From: Octopus vulgaris
Taxonomy: Eukaryota
Length of the DNA stretch: 64,000 nt
Reading direction: 5' to 3'
Assembly (NCBI GenBank): GCA_951406725.2
Contig: OX597828.1
Location: forward strand, 59,954,001 to 60,018,000
The translations under genes were made by a program, and so were the position numbers. The notes beneath the pieces were generated by a model, which saw only the letters and a list, made by a program, of their open reading frames with translations, was not told where the DNA came from and did no database searches. Positions 43,931 through 56,758 of the stretch are shown here, one piece after another; position 1 is the stretch's first letter; every line of letters begins with the position of its first letter.

Positions 43931-45517
43931 GCCTTGACAAATCTTCCTCACAACATATCCTCCTAACACCCTTGTGTCCACTCATTATATTTCCTCTCCT
44001 CTATCTCCCACTCTCACACTTTCCCAGTCTCACAAACTTACCCACCCACTCACCCTATTCTGTAACTTGAGTCTGCTTCTACCCACTTTCCATCAGATCT
44101 TCATTTTCTTTCTCTCCTCTCTTTCGAAATGTGGTAGCTTCATATCTCCACTACTGCAAAACACCTATTCCTGTCCTTCTATTCCTACTCCATGGAGGAT
44201 GTTAAATGATAACAATGATGATGATGACAATGAGCTGGTTGGGTTTGTTTCTCCTAGCTGCAATATTACTAATTTTGAGATTTTAAATATATTTCTTTAA
44301 TTCTGAATTGATGCCCTCCTAAATGAAATGTCTTTTTGCAGTACAAGCCACTATATTTTTTTATAGATACTTATTGGGAAGTAACAAAGGGGGAAAGGTG
44401 TGTAAAATGAGATTTAGTATTTGGAAAATGAAGTTTTGTAGTTCTGTTCCTGATACAGATACCCCAATGATTTTCCTGTAGCTGATGGTCCAGCACCTTT
44501 AATTTGGATAATTACAAGGGATAACTTGAAATTCCTGTGACTGCCAGTCTAGTTCACTCCATTGTATGTACCATATTTACACATGTATTATTTACACTGC
44601 AATTGTTAGTAGTAACACTCAGAGATTCTCAGCTTATTTAACTTAAAGTGATCCTTAGCTACTGCAGGTAAGAAAACCGACATTGTCAGTGGTAGTGTCA
44701 AATGTGAACACCATTCCATATTAATCCAGGTTAAAGTAGAACTATTGATAAAAATAATCAGTGGTGTTTCAGTACATAAGCTGTGTAGTATGATTAGTAA
44801 TTACTCTATAAGTTGGATAGAGGTGTATTGATGAATTATTATGTGACCATGGCAAAGCAATTAATCTGTCAGAGCTTTAGAACCAACAATATGGAAAATT
44901 GAGAATGTACCTGTACTATGCCATGATAATAACTATGCCTGTCCCAATTTATGAAAAAAAACAAAAAAACCACCCCTTAAATGCATGAGTTTTGTAATAT
45001 GCCTTTAGGTTTGAATATTTGTTTTTGTATAAAGTTATTCTTTGGTTATCTGTTTTAAGTCTAGATGTGCCTTACGAAGCTCTTTCCATGTTAAGTAAAA
45101 GGATTTTGAATAGTTTGTCTCTATCTACTATTCTGTTAAGTCTATGTTTGCATCTTATTAGAAGTGTCTTCATTGTCTAAACAATCATGGTACTACTTTT
45201 TTTTTTTTTTTTACTCTTTTATACATTTCACTCATTTGACTGCGGCCATGCTAGGGCAATGCCTTTAGTCGAACAAGCATTTTTACACTTTGATATTTTA
45301 TCAGTGTAGTTGTTAGGTTTGGTTCATTTTGATTTGGATGTGTAAATTCATTGAATGGATAACTGAAAATTTTAACTATGAAATGAATGCATGGCAAAAT
45401 AGTTGCAAATATATGTGTTGACATTTTTTTTTATTAAATATCTTATTAATTTAAAATAAGAATTTACATTATACATGTGTTTTGATATTTAATTGTTAGG
45501 TATTTGTTTCATTTTAG

Positions 45518-45638
45518 AATTTAGCCATGTTTAGTTTAAGAGAAAATAAAATCAAGGAACTTCCGAAAGGTGTGGGAAATCTTGTAAACCTTGTTACTTT
45601 TGATATTTCACATAATCATCTTGAACATCTTCCTGAAG
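45518..45638 (+). CDS. SHOC2: SHOC2/Sur-8 LRR protein, internal exon ([40 protein letters not shown])
   Basis: TTTTAG acceptor, GTAAGT donor, phases 0 and 1. Resembles vertebrate SHOC2 LSIRENKIKQLP..LDVAHNQLEHLP (recalled, not searched). Confidence 0.9.
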
Positions 45639-46654
45639 GTAAGTTATTACTTTGCTTGTTTACATATATAAATTTAGTGGTTTTCAGATTATTGTGCTAG
45701 ATTTTGAGTTCAGTTGTACAGTAGAAACAAAAAAAAAAAGAAACATTCCATCAGTATGCAGTTGTCTAAATTTTCTAAGGCTTTCCAATGTTGGCAGGGA
45801 GAAAGAATATTGATAATTGCTGTCCTGAATATTCTTTTAAATATAATTGGTTAGTGAGATATATTTATTCAAAAGTGGAACATTCTGTAATTTTTTTTTT
45901 TTACTAGAAATTGATGATTTTAATTAGTTATAAATGTTGATATTTTATCAGTTTTCAAGAGTTTAGCAAGCAATAAAGTAAAGATGATAAAAAAATAATA
46001 CAAGAAGGGATTTTGAATTTATTTTAATAATATCTAATAGCTTTGAGATTAAGAAATAGGATGATCTTCAGGAATAATTTACTGGAACCATGACTTCATT
46101 TGTGAAATAAAGAAAGTGTACATAAAGGTTTAGACTATATTAGTTTATCACACTAAAAACTTAGAAATATAGAAAGTGGATGTGATGTGTAAAGTGTTTA
46201 ATTATATGAATCAAAGAGTATGAATTCATGCTTTAGAGAAAAATGTGAACTTAAAGAAACACTTATTTGCTGATGCCAAAAAGAATGCAAGTGTTATGAA
46301 CTGTTTCCTCTAATGAGTAGGTTCAAATATTAATATATAAAAAATAACATTTCTCCTTATCTCTGTCAGAAAGATAAATTTACAGTTAAAGGAATTAAAT
46401 TATAAATGTAAGAAGGAGGTCTCATATGAAATTAACAAAACTAGAATGAATATCGAGTACAAAATTTTGAAATTCATTAAAGACAAATATATTTCTTGAC
46501 ATCATAAGAGTTTATAAGCTTTCAAGAGAAGATTTAATTCTCTTTTGGAACTGGATCTCAAAGCACATATAAAGCTCTACATAATAGTATGTAAATATTG
46601 AGTTGAAAAAACTCTTAGCTATTTTCAAAATTTAATGAATCGTGATCTAACATT

Positions 46655-46691
<37 letters not shown>

Positions 46692-47410
46692 CCATATGGC
46701 ATCTATTTCAATCATGTTCTTTTGATAATTCTTTTTATATCATCTAGTTTTGACCTTTCCCTGATTCCTATCTAGCTTTATGTTATTCAATCTGGTTCCT
46801 CCGTCTCATTTTCACACCCCACCATTGACGGTCATGTACAAATTAGGAATGAGAAGCTGATTTCTTAAAATTTACATTTACTTTAGATTTATTATTTGCT
46901 TCATTCAAACCTTTTAATCATTGTCACCGTTAATTTGATGTAGAAGTCATTCAAACATAAATATACATCAGGTGTATTGTACATATTACAATATATAGTG
47001 ACAGGAAATATTTTATAGTTTACAGTTTTTCTCAGTGAACCTGAACTTTAGCCTTTAAGCTGATCTTTCATTCTCTTATGCTTTATGTAGCTTAAATAAA
47101 CTAATCTGAAGATTATTTCCTCATAAATGCATTGTTTGAAAAGTTGAAAAATAGATAAAATGATTTAAATAATGTAATGAAAATTGTTATTTTACATACA
47201 ATATAGATTGGAAATTCATGCAGACTGAGTTGTTATATTTGTCATTGTTTATTAACTAAATGAAAATTATTTAAAATTAGAATAGTTATCCATTCATTCA
47301 TTAAATCTTCAATACATGCATTTATTAATTTATGTACAAAACAGCTTTCTAAATTTTGTTTTTCATATTTATGTCTATATTATAATTATTTATTTATTTA
47401 TTTTATCTAG

Positions 47411-47519
47411 AAATTGGTAATTGTGTTATGCTGAATTCCTTAGACCTCCAACATAATGAATTACTAGACATACCTTCTTCTATTGGTAATTTACGATCAC
47501 TTACAAGATTAGGTTTAAG
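47411..47519 (+). CDS. SHOC2: SHOC2 internal exon ([37 protein letters not shown])
   Basis: TCTAG acceptor, GTGTGT donor, phases 1 and 2. [10 protein letters not shown] and RLGLR match SHOC2. Confidence 0.92.
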
Positions 47520-47807
47520 GTGTGTATGTTTCTATGTCAAATATTTTTCTTAAACCATAAAATGTCTTATATGGAATCTGCATTCAGATATAAATTAATT
47601 TGTAAATCATTAAACTCCAGTTTGGATTTTAAGTTGTAAACTTTTTCATTATATTATACTTTCAAGTTTTGAATTTTTATTGCTAAACAGTTTGCAAAGC
47701 ATGTTAATTTGTGAATGGATGTTTTATTAAGTATGTTATTGCTTATTGTGAAAGTCTATTAAGAGAATGTGTTATTTTTCAGATACCTGATATTCATCTT
47801 CTCTCTC

Positions 47808-47865
<58 letters not shown>

Positions 47866-48229
47866 CCTTCCTTCCTTCCTTTCTTTCTTTTATATTTCGA
47901 AGGAACTGCATTGAAAACTGTTGTTTTTGTTGTTCATATACACTCACCTTTCTGTTCAATTATAGACTTATTTCTGCATTAGGAATATAATGTTGTATGG
48001 CAGTTAAGAATTACAATGAATAAGAAATATTTGAAACAAAAAGGCCACTACCTCTAATAATGCTCCTTCCATTGCACTTAATGCATCCAGAGCTTGCCCC
48101 TAAACTCACTATAGGTATATATCCTGCTGTTTGAAAGCAAATGTCAGCATAACCCATTCCAGTGGAAGTTAACCACTCTAATCCAGCCAGCTATTGTCCC
48201 ATTACTTTCAGCTCTAATATCAGCAAAGT

Positions 48230-49420
48230 AATCGTGACAACCATTAACAATGATGTTCTTCATCATTTTGAAGCTTTCTTTTCTCAGGGGACACCAGTAT
48301 GGCTTCTGCAAAATTAGATCCATTGACAAATTTATGTCACTAGTACACTCTCATTTTAGAGAAGATTGGCAGAAGTATTTTTGTTACTCTAGACATCAGC
48401 AAATCTTTCAGCTATGTCTGACACGCAAAACTTCCTGCCTATGGAATCCACCCATTTCTTATCTCTTAGATTGGTAGCTTCCTGTCAGATTGTGACTTGT
48501 TGATTTCTAAATCCACTCTGATGTTCTCCAGGTTTCACTTCTGTCCCTCACTCTCTTCTTTTTATAATTAACCACCTGTTTATTACTTCGTACAACACTT
48601 GCTCTTTTACTAATAACATAATACTTCATTCTTCTCTGTGTCTCACCATGCATCATCCACACAGAACTTAGACACTATATGCCAAACCTTCATTGATACT
48701 ATAACTGGAAACCTTGAAACCATCCTCCAGTGGAGCTATACTAACCTTGTCTCTTTAGCAATAAAATATTTCAAATGCTACTCATATCAAGAAAACACCA
48801 CTGCACCATACCCCTCTACACATGAGTGGCAGCCAGAGCTCTCACAGTTGTTCAAAATGCTGGGTCTACATATTACTGATGGTCTTTCCTGGCTAAAGCA
48901 CACACTTAGCATATTTAGGGCTACATCACAAAAACTAGTCCTCTATAGGGCAGGAAGACATTTCAGCCTCCAAAAGTTGTTGCCATTCTACAAGGCTCAT
49001 GTGAAACCCGCAATAGAGTACTCCTTCTACATCTGGGATGATACACTAACATTCTGGATTACATCCAGAGAAGGGTCACTTGGCGGATTGGCAATCTGCC
49101 TCTAATAGATACACTCCAGCCTCTAGCCCACAGGCATGCTCACCCCTCTTTGTGTGCCTCTTCTATCACTACTGTAGTGGCCTCTACTCTTCATATCTGG
49201 CTTGTTTCATACTTCCACTACTCATCTGTTCATCTCTCATCACACTTGGTCATCCAATATGTCTTTCCCCACATTAAACATTATGCCCAATCCTTCATCT
49301 CCTGAAGATTGGCCCTCTGGAATCTTCTCTCTGCTTATGTCTTTCCTGCAGGTACTGGCCCAAAACAATTCAAGCAGAGCATTAATGGCATCACTCTCAC
49401 CTGTCTCAGAGTTTCTGGAA
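48230..49420 (+). pseudogene. Old, decayed LINE RT remnant (CR1/Jockey-like)
   Basis: HQYGF, LG..ITDGLSW..H, YKAHVKPAIEYS..IW. Confidence 0.6.
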
Positions 49421-50083
49421 TGGTCATAGGCTCTGTCCTTTCCTACTTGCTGAGCAAGCCAGAAAAGAAGTGCTACAATTGCTTTTATTAATATGTTTGA
49501 TAAATAATTCTCTTGTTTTATGGTTTTTTAAAAAATTTTCCCTTCTTAAACTGTACTAGTGTATTTTGTATTATAGATTATTACATTATAATCTCTGTGT
49601 TGTAATGTAAAAATAAAATAATGGCAAACAAATTTAAGAAAGAAAAAAGTAAAGTGTATTGGTGAAAAACATAATAATGCATAAAATGGTAAAATAAATG
49701 TATTACAAAGCAATCTTCAAGTAAAGGCTATTTTAAGTTAAGGCTAGCAGGCTGGAGTTGGGCAAAGTTTGTGTGTGTACCTGTGTGATTAACCTATATA
49801 ATGTATCGTGTGTGTGTGTGTAGATATATTAGTTATATAATGTGTGTGCATGTGTATGTAACAAGATAACAAGAATGGACTATCACAGTTCAGTGTGACA
49901 TGTGTAAGGTATCCATCAATTATATGTATATTACATCATAATATAATGACACTCTTATTGTCAAGTACATGACTACCAGGTAACAAAATCATTTCTGCTT
50001 ATAATAAGAGAAAAAATAATTTTGTTGCAAAATAAATAGTAGTTAAAAATACATAAACAGCCAATCATGGGTCATGGTTGAAG

Positions 50084-50720
50084 TATGAGGGTGGGCTGAA
50101 AAGTTCATAGCACGACTAGAAACGAGTGGTACTAGTGCTGTGAAACCTTGCATGCATTCATTTCAACCTTTCTCGTTAATAACTGCATTGATTCTTTCCA
50201 GGTAAACTGACATCTGACTGTTCAAAGAAGACTTCAAAACTATCAGCGACTTCTCTTGAAAATGGACAAAATTGGGCATTATGATGTTATCAAGTACCTG
50301 CAGAAAAAAGCGTTTAGCCCCCAAGAACATTCATGTTGACATGGTTGCTACATTAAGGGATGACAATCCAGCTTTATTAACAGTACAAAAGTAGGCAGCT
50401 GAATTTAGGAGGGGAAGGGAGAGTCCTGTAACTGTCACCATCAAAAAAAACATTGTGCTCACCAGATGGTGATCAATGACAGGCAATTGCCTACAAATCA
50501 AATCACCAATGCTTTTAGCATATCCTTAGTTGAGATTATTCTGCACAATGAATTTGACACGACAAAGGTTTCTGCTCCATGGGTACCATGTCTTTCTGAC
50601 ATCTGATCAAAATCACACCAAGCTGATCACATCATGAGGAAAATCTGACATTGAGGCAGTTTCAGCTGGTTTCCTTGAACATTTCCTAACCCAGGATGAG
50701 TATTGGGTTCATCACTTTAA
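50084..50720 (+). pseudogene. Mariner 5' terminus and transposase N-terminal remnant
   Basis: TA-TGAGGGTGGGCTGAAAAGTTC terminus; MDKIGHYDVIKYL, WVP, TQDEYWVHHF. Confidence 0.75.
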
Positions 50721-50949
50721 ACAACTTTGTCATCTAATATACATGAACTTGTATATACAAGAGCCTGTGTATCTGCAGACATACATGTACAAAATCATAT
50801 CTGTATTCATATAAACATCATAGATGAATATGTATAGTTATGCATCAAGATACACTCAAATACACATACATCACTTCAACCCAATATGCACACAAATACA
50901 CACACACACATTTATTTATATACTCAAACATGCATATTTATATATATAT

Positions 50950-51570
50950 ATAAGAATTTTTTGCATAATAAGATAAAAAATCAAGGCTGTATAGATATTA
51001 GAGCATTTATAGATAGAAGGTCTTACAGCTGTTTCTAGGATATTAATTAATAATATCCCTTCATCGGAGACGGTGTGCTTCCTGTTTTCAATTTAACCAT
51101 ACTAATACACTCCCTATTTCTAGGTCATTTTAAATACAAACCTTTAACTCTACAATACTGTATATAAATTCCCTACTGGGAATGACCAAGTTTAAAAATC
51201 TGCTGGATCTCACTCATAAGGGAATCTTACATTGCTTATATATTTGGAAGGACACATATTAAACTCTGTTGGATTTTTGGATTTTATTCAAAGGATATTG
51301 AAATATTGCATGTATACCATTATGCCCATAAAACGGATTTACAACTTCAATACCCATATATATCTTGCATCTATTTTCTTTCCTCCACCTCATTCTCAAT
51401 TTTGTATCACATCTAAACTAACTATGACTTAATTTTCCTCTCACGCCTTCTCCGATGAAGGGACATTATTAATTAATATCCTAGAAACAGCTGTAAGACC
51501 TTCTATCTATAAATGCTCTAATATCTATACAGCCTTGGTTTTTTTATCTTATTACACGAAAAATTCTTAT
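50950..51570 (+). mobile_element. Short PLE-like insertion with inverted pseudo-LTRs, each with a hammerhead motif
   Basis: 50950-51078 is the reverse complement of 51442-51570. Motif TCT-CCGATGA-AGGGA(T/C)ATTA..TAATATCCTA-GAAAC-AGCT-GTA-AGA. Confidence 0.78.
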
Positions 51571-51722
51571 ACACACACGCTGACATAGAACCAACGTTGA
51601 ACCCTTTATTCGCAATATTATCTAGTCTGGAACTTAACTATCGTCTGTCTATAGCACTTATTCAGCATTACCTGACACCTTGGGGTGTCAATGACACCAT
51701 TATCTCTTATAATCTCAACTTT

Positions 51723-51774
<52 letters not shown>

Positions 51775-52744
51775 TGTATGTATGTATGTGTGTGTATGTA
51801 TATATATATATATATTAGCAGATGCCTGTGTATTTGTATGTCTATACATAATGCCAATGAGGGAGTGAGAGGGGAGAGAAAAAAAAAGAAACAGAAGCAA
51901 AGTGAGGAAGTGGCTGTTTACTTCTCCTCCCTCTTCTCCTCATTTGTCAATGTTTTTTGATAGAGGGTGAAAGAGAATATGTGTGAATGAGAGAAACACA
52001 GAACGAGAAAAAGAAACAGAGAGAAAACAAGTTTCTAAAGGAGCAGTTGAAAGAGAGAGAGATGCTGATGTTTGATACTGTATGTATGTTCTATAGGTGA
52101 AGGTGAAAGAAAACTGGCACAAAGAGAGGGGGAGAGCGGGAGAGAAAAAAAATGCTGATGTTTGATACTGTATGTATACGTGTCTGTGTGTGTGTGTGGA
52201 ATTCCACAATTGCCATTTATTTCAATCACTCTTGTGAAGATATTCTCATAACTTACACTGATTTTTTCATTTAATCCCCATTTTAATTTTCAAACACAGT
52301 TTTGAGAAAAATGATTTTCCTCCCTATAAGAGGAGACAGGGTAGATGTAGATGATCAGTATTCTACAGTGAAACAAAGATGAGTACAGGTAGCCAGAGCA
52401 AGGTCACGAGAGACCCCTGCACAATGACTGCAAATTGATTTCATCATGCATTCCTTTTGAAGAATAAATTGAATTTAGAATAACAAATTTCTATACAACA
52501 TATTTTACTTTTTTCTTCTAATATATAAGAAACAATTTAATTTCGGGGCAATGCCAGGTGATATGTTCCCTTAGAAACTGCACTTTTGTCTTTGTGAATA
52601 TTTTAGTGTGTGTGTATACAAAAGTATACGTATATACTTGTGTGTCTGTGATCATTTCTGTATGTGTATATGTGTGTATATATATGTGTATATATATATA
52701 TATATATACATACACATGTATATATATACACGTTATATATATAT

Positions 52745-52895
52745 ACGTTAGGAAGGGCATCCAGCTGTAGAAACACTGCCAGATCTGACTGGACTGGTGC
52801 AGCTTTCGGGCTCCCCAGACCCCAGTTGAACCGTCCAACCCATGCTAGCATGGAAAGCGGACGTTAAATGATGATGATGATGATGATGATGATGA
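52745..52895 (+). mobile_element. RTE 3' end fragment with (GAT)n tail
   Basis: CGTTAGGAAGGGCATCCAGC...CATGCTAGCATGG..GGACGTTAAA(TGA)n. Confidence 0.85.
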
Positions 52896-52920
52896 TATAT
52901 ATATATATATATATATATAT

Positions 52921-55647
52921 GGGCGGGAATCGGGTATCTTCACTGGGGTACATGGTGGATATGGTATTGGCACCAGAAATGATGAGGGAACTAGACTACT
53001 GGAATTCTGTGATGCATGTAACCTTTCAATCTGCAACACTAACTTCAAGAAGCCAGTCTGCCACCTTATAACTTATCAGTCAGGAGACTCCGCTAGCCAA
53101 ATAGACTTCATCCTCACCAGACAACGGGATGCAGGGTTGCTCTTGAATACAAAGACCCTCCCGGGTGAAGAATGTATCCCTCAGCATAGACTAATCATCA
53201 GTGACTTTAAGCTTGAGGCCAGAAGGACTCCAAGAAACAAACCAATCCAGAAAAGAAGGATTTGGAGGCTAAAGAACCCTTCGCATGGTCAGAAATTTAG
53301 GGACATACTCATCAAGAAATTTGATGAGAGGGAAGAGGAGCTTCAGACGTCAGACATAGAAGGTAGCTGGGAATTCCTACGGGACAGCTTGTTGAGTGCC
53401 ACAGACCAAGTTTGTGGATGGTGCAAAGTCCCTTCCAGACCTAGAATTACGTGGTGGTGGAATAGTGCAGTAGATAAAGCCATCTGTGAAAAGAGACGGG
53501 CCTGGAAAGCCTGGAAGGATGGGGGCAGCAGGGAACTGTACCAGATAGCCAAAAGGGAGGCTGGGCGGCAGGTATACATTGCCAAAGATGTAGCAGAAAA
53601 GAAGAAGTTTGCCAATGTCCAGCGTCGCGAGGATCAAAGAGCTGAAGTATTTCGGATTGCCAGACAGTGTGTCAGAGAAAATAGCGATGTTATAGGAGAG
53701 AAATGTGTCCGCATGGATGATGGGGCACTTGCTTTTACTACTAGTGAAAAGAAAGAGGCTTGGAGAAGCCATTATGAAAGACTGCTAAATGAGGAGAATG
53801 AATGGGAGGAGGAGAGCCTGCCAAATGTTGACCCAGTAGAGGGACCAGCTACCCGAATAGACAGCTCCCTTGTAGATAAGGCAATTAAGGATATGAAACC
53901 AGGCAAAGCCCCTGGCCTATCAGGAATCACTGCTGAGATGCTTAAAACAGCTGGCTATGTGGGCCATGCCATAGTCACCCGCATTGTAAACCAGGTAGTT
54001 CACAATGGAGCCATACCCAATGACTGGTGCAGCAGTACCATAGTCAACTGCTACAAGGGTAAGGGTGATGCTCTAGATAGAAATAACTACAGAGGTATCA
54101 AACTGTTGGACCAGGTGATGAAGGTCTCAGAGAAGGTCATAACCAATCTCATTAGGGAGAGAATTTGTTTAGATGAAATGCAGTTCGGTTTTGTACCAGG
54201 TAGAAGCACCACTGATGCTATATTCCTGGTCCGACAACTGCAGGAGAAGTACCTAGCTAAAGATAAACCCCTCTACATAGCTTTTGTAGACTTGGAGAAA
54301 GCCTTTGACAGGGTTCCCCGTTCCCTTATCTGGTGGTCGATGCGGAAACTGGAGATTGAAGAATGGCTAATAAGGGCTGTACAGGCTCTATACAGAGAGG
54401 CTGTTAGCAAGGTTAGGATTGGCAACGAATATAGTGAAGAATTCCGAGTAGAAGTAGGTGTGCACCAGGGCTCAGCCCTCAGTCCCCTTTTGTTCATCAT
54501 AGTCCTTCAAGCAATAACAGAGGAATTCAAAACGGGATGCCCCTGGGAGCTCCTCTATGCCGATGACCTAGCTCTCATAGCAGAATCACTACCGGAACTA
54601 GAAGAGAAATTTCGGGTATGGAAGCAAGGGTTGGAATCAAAGGGCCTTAGAATAAATGTAGCAAAGACCAAAGTATTAGTAAGCAGCAAGAGGTACTCAA
54701 CACACATCCCCTCGGGTAGGTGGCCCTGCTCAACCTGTAGGAAAGGTACAGGTAGAAACTCCATAAGATGCACCCAATGTAAGTTATGGTCACATAAGAG
54801 GTGCAGCAACATTAAAGGGAAATTAACAGATAAGATAGCTTTCATGTGCGGCAGATGCACAGGGACAATAGACACAACAGACACTCAGAAAACAGATTCC
54901 ATCACACTCCAGGGAGAGAAACTAGAAGTAGTTGATAGTTTCCGCTACCTGGGAGACCAAGTTAGTAGCGGAGGTGGATGCACAGAGAGTATCACCACTA
55001 GAATACGAATAGCCTGGGCAAAGTTCAGAAAGCTCCTACCCCTACTGGCAACAAAAGGCCTCTCCCTCAGAGCAAAAGGTAGATTGTATGATGCATGTGT
55101 GCGAACTGCCATGCTTCACGGTAATGAAACATGGGCTGTGACTGCAGAAGACATGCGTAGACTTGAAAGAAATGAAGCTAGCATGATCCGCTGGATGTGT
55201 AGTGTCAGTGTGCACGCAAAACAGAGTGTAAGTATCCTGAGAGAAATGCTGGATATAAGAAGCATCAGATGTGGTGTGCAAGAGCGACGCTTGCGATGGT
55301 ATGGTCATGTGCTGTGGATGGATGAAGAGAGATGTGTGAAGAAGTGCCACTCCCAAACAGTTGAAGGTATCAGGGGGAGAGGTAGACCCAGGAAGGCATG
55401 GGATGAGGTGGTCAAGCATGACCTCAGAGCATTGGGCCTCACTGAGGCAATGGCGAAGGACCGAGATCTCTGGAGATATGCTGTGACTACAAAGACCCGG
55501 GCTGCTTTCTGCAGCAATTCCACATACCCCCTACCCATTCTAAGTACCCCGGATCCCCAAAGTACCCCGGATCCCCAAAGTACCCTGGATCCCCAAAATA
55601 CCCCGATCCCCAAAGTACCCCGGACCTCGTTGCCCCCGTGCCGCTGA
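52921..55647 (+). CDS. RTE ORF (partial APE, RT with inserted PHD finger), open but 5'-truncated
   Basis: Frame is open from the TA boundary: GVHGGYG..RN.EG, SQIDFIL, QHRL, NYRGI, QFGF, DLEKAFD, GVHQG, YADD, C4HC3 finger, YLG, RLRWYGHV, GRGRP. Confidence 0.92.
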   Translation, partial: GRESGIFTGVHGGYGIGTRNDEGTRLLEFCDACNLSICNTNFKKPVCHLITYQSGDSASQIDFILTRQRDAGLLLNTKTLPGEECIPQHRLIISDFKLEARRTPRNKPIQKRRIWRLKNPSHGQKFRDILIKKFDEREEELQTSDIEGSWEFLRDSLLSATDQVCGWCKVPSRPRITWWWNSAVDKAICEKRRAWKAWKDGGSRELYQIAKREAGRQVYIAKDVAEKKKFANVQRREDQRAEVFRIARQCVRENSDVIGEKCVRMDDGALAFTTSEKKEAWRSHYERLLNEENEWEEESLPNVDPVEGPATRIDSSLVDKAIKDMKPGKAPGLSGITAEMLKTAGYVGHAIVTRIVNQVVHNGAIPNDWCSSTIVNCYKGKGDALDRNNYRGIKLLDQVMKVSEKVITNLIRERICLDEMQFGFVPGRSTTDAIFLVRQLQEKYLAKDKPLYIAFVDLEKAFDRVPRSLIWWSMRKLEIEEWLIRAVQALYREAVSKVRIGNEYSEEFRVEVGVHQGSALSPLLFIIVLQAITEEFKTGCPWELLYADDLALIAESLPELEEKFRVWKQGLESKGLRINVAKTKVLVSSKRYSTHIPSGRWPCSTCRKGTGRNSIRCTQCKLWSHKRCSNIKGKLTDKIAFMCGRCTGTIDTTDTQKTDSITLQGEKLEVVDSFRYLGDQVSSGGGCTESITTRIRIAWAKFRKLLPLLATKGLSLRAKGRLYDACVRTAMLHGNETWAVTAEDMRRLERNEASMIRWMCSVSVHAKQSVSILREMLDIRSIRCGVQERRLRWYGHVLWMDEERCVKKCHSQTVEGIRGRGRPRKAWDEVVKHDLRALGLTEAMAKDRDLWRYAVTTKTRAAFCSNSTYPLPILSTPDPQSTPDPQSTLDPQNTPIPKVPRTSLPPCR

Positions 55648-55885
55648 CACGTTAAAATGCTCGAACCGATCGTGACGATGCCGGACCCTCCGGCCCCTGT
55701 GCAGGTGGCACGTAAAAAGCACCCAATCCACTCACGGAGTGGTTGGCGTTAGGAAGGGCATCCAGCCGTAGAAACTCTGCCAGATTCAGACTGGAGCCTG
55801 GAGCGGCCCCTGGCTTCCCAGACCCGGTCAAACCGTCCAACCCGTGCTAGCGCGGAAAGCGGACGTTAAACGATGATGATGATGA

Positions 55886-55889
<4 letters not shown>
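52921..55889 (+). mobile_element. 5'-truncated RTE LINE, apparently young, TA arrays on both sides
   Basis: Long open frame, 3' UTR and (GAT)n tail. Confidence 0.93.
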
Positions 55890-55929
<40 letters not shown>

Positions 55930-55932
<3 letters not shown>

Positions 55933-56750
55933 TAGTAATAGTAATGGTAAGACAACAAAGGAATGAAAGAGACCTCAATATTATGCAAATAGAGGAATTC
56001 ATTTGTAATATATGTGACAATTATTCAGTTGCCATTATAAAACTCTGAGTTTCAGATGTTGGGGTAGAAATCTGCACCGGCATCTCTTCAGCTATCAAGG
56101 CAATTAAAATATGCTGTGAAAATGACCATTAAACAAAGGGAAATTACTATATAATTAACCATTATTAAGACAAAAGAGCTATTAGAATGACCGTTAAAAA
56201 AGGGGAAAAAACTAAAGGGGAGGAAGTAAAAGGTAAAGGAGTAAGAAAACTCATAGCAATTGCGTGTCCGCGCATGTACTTACACATGCGCACATGCACA
56301 CCCACATACATGTGCCTATATGCATATGTTTACTCAGACTTGCATGAAACACCCACACATACGTCAAATAGATGTACATATATATGCAACCATGCATGTA
56401 CGCGTATACAAATCCACACACGCATGCACACACACACACACGTGCACATACCCATACACATACAGTTATATTCAAATACACACATGCGTTATGATGATAA
56501 ATAATAGTAAAAAAATGAAATAAGATTAAAAAATGATCAAATAAGAGAATGAAAAATGCACGAAGTAATTATGTGATGTAGGCATTTTCTGTATTGTGAA
56601 TGTTGAGTCTTTTGCCAACTAGAACATACTATTTCTAACATTTTGAGTGCTTCACGAGTGCTTCACAGAGTGACGATTTCCTCTGTTTATTGAAATGCAT
56701 ATTTTCTAACTTTATATAGCATAACTAATGAATTTGATATATTGGCTAGT
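55930..56750 (-). mobile_element. Probable PLE 3' end with a degenerate hammerhead (56037-56095)
   Basis: Minus strand ATAG-CTGAAGA-GATGCCGG..CCAACATC-T-GAAAC-TCAGA-GTT-TTAT, flanked by TA. Confidence 0.55.
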
Positions 56751-56758
56751 TATATATA

